DNA of 64,000 nt from an uncultured Lentisphaerales bacterium (lineage in GTDB: Bacteria > Verrucomicrobiota > Lentisphaeria > JABSQK01 > UBA12247), in the NCBI GenBank assembly GCA_943788985.1, contig CALSSJ010000012.1, positions 171,679-235,678 of the forward strand, written 5' to 3'. A model generated the notes under the pieces. It worked only from the letters and a program-made list of their open reading frames with translations. It had not been told where the DNA came from and did no database searches. The position numbers were made by a program, and so were the translations under genes. Positions 59,928-64,000 of the stretch are shown one piece after another (position 1 is the stretch's first letter; every line of letters begins with the position of its first letter).

Positions 59928-61274
59928 GTGGCTAAATCACAACGTGGCAGCCTGACGCGTATACAATCACAGGCACGTACTGCTGCGCGGGCAGTGTACG
60001 AGGTATCTGCGGATGTATGGGCATCCGGCAAGCCAGCGGATCGGCTGCTGGCTGCTTATTTTCGGAAGCACAAGAAATATGGCGCCCAAGACCGGCGGCT
60101 GATCAGTGAGACTTTCTTTGCGGTCTTTCGCTGGTGGGGCTGGTTGCGTCTGCTCGCTCGCGATGAGGCCGGGATGTGGGAGCGCGACGCCGAGCGTGCG
60201 ACGCAGTCGGTCGAATGGCAGTCGATGCTGGTGGGGGCACATGTGCTGGATACGGTCGCGCTGCACCCGGTCGCGGCCGTGTGGAAGGATCGCGTTGCCG
60301 AGAAGCGCCGGACTGCGTCCTACGTCACTTGTGTCGGAGACAAGCCGCTGATGGAGCGTGCCGAGATGATGGAAAGCCTGTTTGGCCTTTCGGTGAGGCC
60401 GCATGACTTGTTGCCGGATTGGTTGCGCGAGGAGACGGGTGAGATGTCCTACGACTTGCTGGAAATGCTGCAGCGGCGCCCGCCACTTTGGTTGCGGACT
60501 TCGCACAGCACGGTCGATAAGGCGATCTCACGCCTCGCGGATGAGGACCTGACTGCGGAGGCATTTCCGGCGCTGCTGGGTGCGATGCGGCTGGTGCCTA
60601 CCCGGGTGAATCTATATGAGTCGGCAACATTCAAGGCTGGGCTGGTCGAGATTCAGGATCTGGGAAGTCAAGCAATTGGTGCTGCCTGCAGCCCTGCGCC
60701 GGGACAGCGCTGGTGGGATGCCTGCGCCGGGGCCGGAGGAAAATCGCTGCAATTGGCTAGCATGATGAATGAGAAGGGGTTGGTGCTGGCTACAGATATC
60801 CGGGAGTACAAACTCACGGACCTGCGCAAGCGGGCCCGCCGCGCACACTTGTCCAACATTCAGGCTAAGCCTTGGGACGGCAAGGAAATACCAGGGAAGC
60901 CCGGGAGCTTTCATGGGGTGCTGGTGGATGCGCCATGCACGTGCACCGGCACCTGGCGACGGAATCCAGACGCGCGCTGGACGATGAAGCGCGAGGAGAT
61001 CGCAGCCGCGGTTGCGACGCAGAGTGAGATTCTAGAGGCTGTCATCCCCGCCCTGAGGCAGATGGGCGTGCTGGTCTACGCGACCTGCTCGCTGTGTGAT
61101 GCGGAGAACGAGGGCGTGGTTCAGGGATTTCTGGATCGGCATCCGGAGTTCTCGCTGGATCCGATGGTTCATCCGTTGCACGGGGGCATGACCGAAGGGA
61201 TGTTTCGGGTTACGCCAACCTCGTTCGACTGTGATGCGATGTTTGTTGCTCGGATGCGCCGTCTCCGAGATTGA
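59928..61274 (+). CDS. RsmB/Sun-family rRNA (cytosine-C5)-methyltransferase
   Basis: NusB-like N-domain. SAM motif I DACAGAGGKS, motif IV DAPCTCTGTWRRNPDA, and motif VI catalytic Cys (YATCSL). Confidence 0.8.
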   Translation: MAKSQRGSLTRIQSQARTAARAVYEVSADVWASGKPADRLLAAYFRKHKKYGAQDRRLISETFFAVFRWWGWLRLLARDEAGMWERDAERATQSVEWQSMLVGAHVLDTVALHPVAAVWKDRVAEKRRTASYVTCVGDKPLMERAEMMESLFGLSVRPHDLLPDWLREETGEMSYDLLEMLQRRPPLWLRTSHSTVDKAISRLADEDLTAEAFPALLGAMRLVPTRVNLYESATFKAGLVEIQDLGSQAIGAACSPAPGQRWWDACAGAGGKSLQLASMMNEKGLVLATDIREYKLTDLRKRARRAHLSNIQAKPWDGKEIPGKPGSFHGVLVDAPCTCTGTWRRNPDARWTMKREEIAAAVATQSEILEAVIPALRQMGVLVYATCSLCDAENEGVVQGFLDRHPEFSLDPMVHPLHGGMTEGMFRVTPTSFDCDAMFVARMRRLRD

Positions 61275-61387
61275 TTCGTCGCGCTGCTGTGTGGGCGCGA
61301 TTTACCGAAATCGAAATTGCGCAGTGGAAATCCCTGCGAAAAACGTATAGTCCTTAATTCCTGTAGGGGAATAGGAGTTTTAAGGGC

Positions 61388-61798
61388 ATGCATCTTTCCT
61401 GTAAGGCAATCTACGGATTACGGATTCTGTACCACGTGGCTGAAGCGACGCAGCATGGCGGGCTTGCGCGCGGCGCGAAGCTGGCGGTGGCCTTGTCGAT
61501 GAATGATTCGAGCCTGGAACAGATCTCGGGACTGTTGCGCAAGGCCGGGCTGATCAAGACGGTCCGTGGCCGCAATGGCGGCTACACGCTTGGGGCGCAT
61601 CCTGAAGAGATTACCTTGCTGAGGATTATTGAGGCGGTGGATGGTCCGCTATCGATGCTGGGAGATGTGAGCGGCGAACACTGTACAGACCCCGCCTGGG
61701 AAGTGCTATCGGAGACGATGGCCGCAAAGGCGGGGACTGTGACCTTGGCCAAGGTCCTAGCGGAGAACCGACCACAAATGAATGATTTTGTTATCTGA
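61388..61798 (+). CDS. Rrf2-family transcriptional regulator (IscR/CymR-like)
   Basis: Winged HTH (ISGLLRKAGLIKTVRGRNGGYTL) and a 136-aa length. It lies directly upstream of cysDN. Confidence 0.75.
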   Translation: MHLSCKAIYGLRILYHVAEATQHGGLARGAKLAVALSMNDSSLEQISGLLRKAGLIKTVRGRNGGYTLGAHPEEITLLRIIEAVDGPLSMLGDVSGEHCTDPAWEVLSETMAAKAGTVTLAKVLAENRPQMNDFVI

Positions 61799-61812
61799 TT
61801 CGAGGAGTAATT

Positions 61813-62715
61813 ATGTCAACCTATAAGTTATCGCATCTGGATGCGCTGGAAGCTGAGGCGATCCATATCATGCGGGAAGTAGCGGCGCAGTTTGAACGGC
61901 CGGTTCTGCTGTTTTCCGGCGGGAAAGATTCTATTGTGATGGTGCACCTGGCGCTGAAAGCCTTTCGGCCCGCTCGGCTGCCGTTTCCGGTGATGCACGT
62001 GGATACCGGGCACAACTTCCCGGAATTGATTGAGTATCGGGATAATCTGGTGCGAGATATGAACCTGCGTTTGGTGGTAGCCTCTGTGGAAGACGCGATC
62101 AATACAGGGATTGCGGACCAGCCACCGGGAGAGATTAGCCGTAATCAGGCGCAGGCCCCGACGCTGGTGCATGCGATCGACGAGCATCGCTTTCAGGCTG
62201 CGTTTGGTGGCGGCCGCCGGGATGAAGAAAAGGCGCGGGCCAAAGAGCGCGTGTTCTCATTTCGTGATGCATTTGGCGGGTGGGAGCCCCGCAGCCAGCG
62301 GCCGGAGTTGTGGAACCTGTATAACGGTGGTATCCATGAGGGGGAGAACATCCGCGCCTTCCCGATTAGTAATTGGACAGAACTGGACGTTTGGCAGTAT
62401 CTGGATCGCGAGAAAGTGCCGCTGCCAAGTCTGTATTTCTCCCACCAGCGCGAGGTGTTTATGCGCGATGGCCAGTGGCTGGCGACTTGCGAATATCTGC
62501 AACCGCGTGATGGTGAGGAAGTTCGCACGATGCAGGTGCGTTGCCGTACGATTGGCGACATGGTCTGCACGGGCCTGGTGGAATCCGACGCGGCGACCGT
62601 CGCGGACATTATCGATGAAGTGGCAGCCACTCGGGTCTCAGAGCGCGGCGGGCGGGCCGATGACAAGTTTGCAGAAGACTCGATGCAGAAGCGTAAAGAG
62701 AAGGGGTATTTCTAA
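61813..62715 (+). CDS. cysD: Sulfate adenylyltransferase subunit 2
   Basis: PAPS-reductase-like fold with the SGGKDS PP-loop and a CysD-specific C-terminus. Confidence 0.9.
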   Translation: MSTYKLSHLDALEAEAIHIMREVAAQFERPVLLFSGGKDSIVMVHLALKAFRPARLPFPVMHVDTGHNFPELIEYRDNLVRDMNLRLVVASVEDAINTGIADQPPGEISRNQAQAPTLVHAIDEHRFQAAFGGGRRDEEKARAKERVFSFRDAFGGWEPRSQRPELWNLYNGGIHEGENIRAFPISNWTELDVWQYLDREKVPLPSLYFSHQREVFMRDGQWLATCEYLQPRDGEEVRTMQVRCRTIGDMVCTGLVESDAATVADIIDEVAATRVSERGGRADDKFAEDSMQKRKEKGYF

Positions 62716-64000
62716 TGAGCACGTGGCTTACAGATCATAAAGTTGAGCTGCTGCGGTTCTCGACGTGCGGAAGTGTCGATGATGGAAAGAGCACGCTGAT
62801 TGGGCGGTTGCTTTACGATAGCAAGAGCCTGTTTCAAGACCAGCTGGATGCCTTGGAGAAAACCCGGGAATTTCTGGGTGACCAAACGGTGAATCTCGCG
62901 AATCTGACCGATGGCCTGCGTGAAGAGCGCGAGCAAGGGATCACGATCGATGTGGCATACCGCTTTGTGGCGACACCGAGGCGAAAGTTCATCGTGGCTG
63001 ATACACCAGGGCATGTGCAGTACACGCGCAACATGGTGACCGGCATGTCGACTGCGAATCTTGCAGTGATTCTGATCGATGCCCGGCATGGCGTCATTGA
63101 GCAGACGCGGCGCCACGCCTATATCGCCTCGCTGCTGGGGACGCCTCACATCGTGGTGTGCGTGAATAAAATGGATCTTGTCGACTACTCGCAAGATGTA
63201 TTTGAGGCGATCCGCGAGGATTTCGATAACTTCGCCACACGCCTGCAGACACAGGATATTCGCTTCATTCCGATGAGCGCCCTGAACGGGGACAATGTGG
63301 TCGATAAGTCGGATAAGATGCCGTGGTACGATGGCCCAGCTTTGCTGAGTTTCATGGAGAAACTTCATATCGCCAATGATGGCAACCTGAACGATCAGCG
63401 ATTTCCGGTGCAGTGGGTGGTGCGTCCGCAGACCGAGGAGCACCATGATTTTCGTGGGTACGCTGGCCAGGTCGCTGGGGGCGTGTTTCGGCCTGGTGAT
63501 GACATTGTTGTGCTGCCATCCGGGGTGCGGTCCAAGGTGGCTTCGATTCACCTGCATGATCAGGAGTTGGACGAAGCGTTCGCGCCGCAGTCCGTCACGA
63601 TTCAGCTGCAGGATGATGTGGACATCAGCCGGGGTGATCTGCTGGTCGGTCCAGATAGCGCACCGTACGTAAGTGGAGAGGTCACGGCCATGGTCTGCTG
63701 GCTTCATGAGAAGCCGCTACGCGTGGGCGGCCGGTATCGTCTGATGCAGAACTCGAACGAGACGCGTGCCATCGTTCGCGAGTTGGAGTATTGCGTGAAT
63801 GTCAATACGCTGCAGGAAGACGACGATTCGGACTCGCTGCGTTTGAACGAAGTCGGCCGTTTGGTCATCAAGACGCAGAAGCCCCTCTGCTATGACGAAT
63901 ACAGACGCAATCGCGTAACCGGCTCATTTATTCTAATTGACGAGTCTACAAACGCGACTGTCGCGGCGGGAATGCTGCTCCGGCCGCCAATTCCACCGCC
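62715..64000 (+). CDS. cysN: Sulfate adenylyltransferase subunit 1 (GTPase), 3' end outside the window
   Basis: The ATG overlaps the cysD stop (TAATG). G1 GSVDDGKST, ITID, G3 DTPGH, G4 NKMD, plus an EF-Tu-like domain II. The frame is open to the window end. Confidence 0.9.
   Translation, partial: MSTWLTDHKVELLRFSTCGSVDDGKSTLIGRLLYDSKSLFQDQLDALEKTREFLGDQTVNLANLTDGLREEREQGITIDVAYRFVATPRRKFIVADTPGHVQYTRNMVTGMSTANLAVILIDARHGVIEQTRRHAYIASLLGTPHIVVCVNKMDLVDYSQDVFEAIREDFDNFATRLQTQDIRFIPMSALNGDNVVDKSDKMPWYDGPALLSFMEKLHIANDGNLNDQRFPVQWVVRPQTEEHHDFRGYAGQVAGGVFRPGDDIVVLPSGVRSKVASIHLHDQELDEAFAPQSVTIQLQDDVDISRGDLLVGPDSAPYVSGEVTAMVCWLHEKPLRVGGRYRLMQNSNETRAIVRELEYCVNVNTLQEDDDSDSLRLNEVGRLVIKTQKPLCYDEYRRNRVTGSFILIDESTNATVAAGMLLRPPIPP

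Noticed and set aside
1-64000. CRISPR arrays, rRNA genes, integrons
   Set aside because: A scan for regularly spaced direct repeats and for rRNA-like conserved stretches found nothing. The only tandem repeat is the short heptamer at 13847.

Overview
High-GC (~60%) bacterial chromosomal segment whose gene content looks Planctomycetota-like: many sulfatases, Gfo/Idh/MocA and xylose-isomerase-like TIM-barrel pairs, an SH3-like 'SHD1' secreted protein and an NPCBM domain. Taxonomy is inferred from gene content only. The window opens inside a Gfo/Idh/MocA gene, followed by a lipoate-ligase-family gene, an unusual ClpX/HslU-like AAA+ ATPase, and a DeoR-regulated dehydrogenase/class II aldolase operon. 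Next comes a minus-strand carbohydrate/sulfated-glycan block with a divergent AraC regulator: a frameshifted sulfotransferase, a frameshifted Gfo/Idh/MocA, a non-canonical sulfatase-like hydrolase, a sugar-phosphate isomerase and another Gfo/Idh/MocA. This block is bracketed by two remnants of a DUF4143 AAA ATPase. After that are two formylglycine-type sulfatases; a MacAB-like HlyD/ABC/FtsX exporter flanked by two Cys-rich secreted proteins; an HSP90 paralogue translationally coupled to a 951-aa TPR-like protein; an alpha/beta hydrolase; a decayed IS21 remnant; an LRR pseudogene; and a bifunctional class II aldolase/SDR coupled to mtnA. A second glycan-degradation cluster follows (membrane protein, sulfatase, sialate O-acetylesterase, AXE-like esterase fused to NPCBM, GH28-like beta-helix). 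The rest comprises corA, mscS, a PhyH pseudogene with two nonsense codons, a PQQ beta-propeller protein, a HAD hydrolase, a GH109-like oxidoreductase pseudogene, tRNA-Arg(CCT), a secreted hypothetical protein, and a sulfur-assimilation cluster (trans-sulfuration PLP enzyme, cysK, rsmB-like, Rrf2 regulator, cysD, cysN). No CRISPR array and no rRNA gene were seen. The ORF track uses ATG/GTG/TTG starts. Coordinates I derived by hand from the printed sequence may be off by 1-2 nt.
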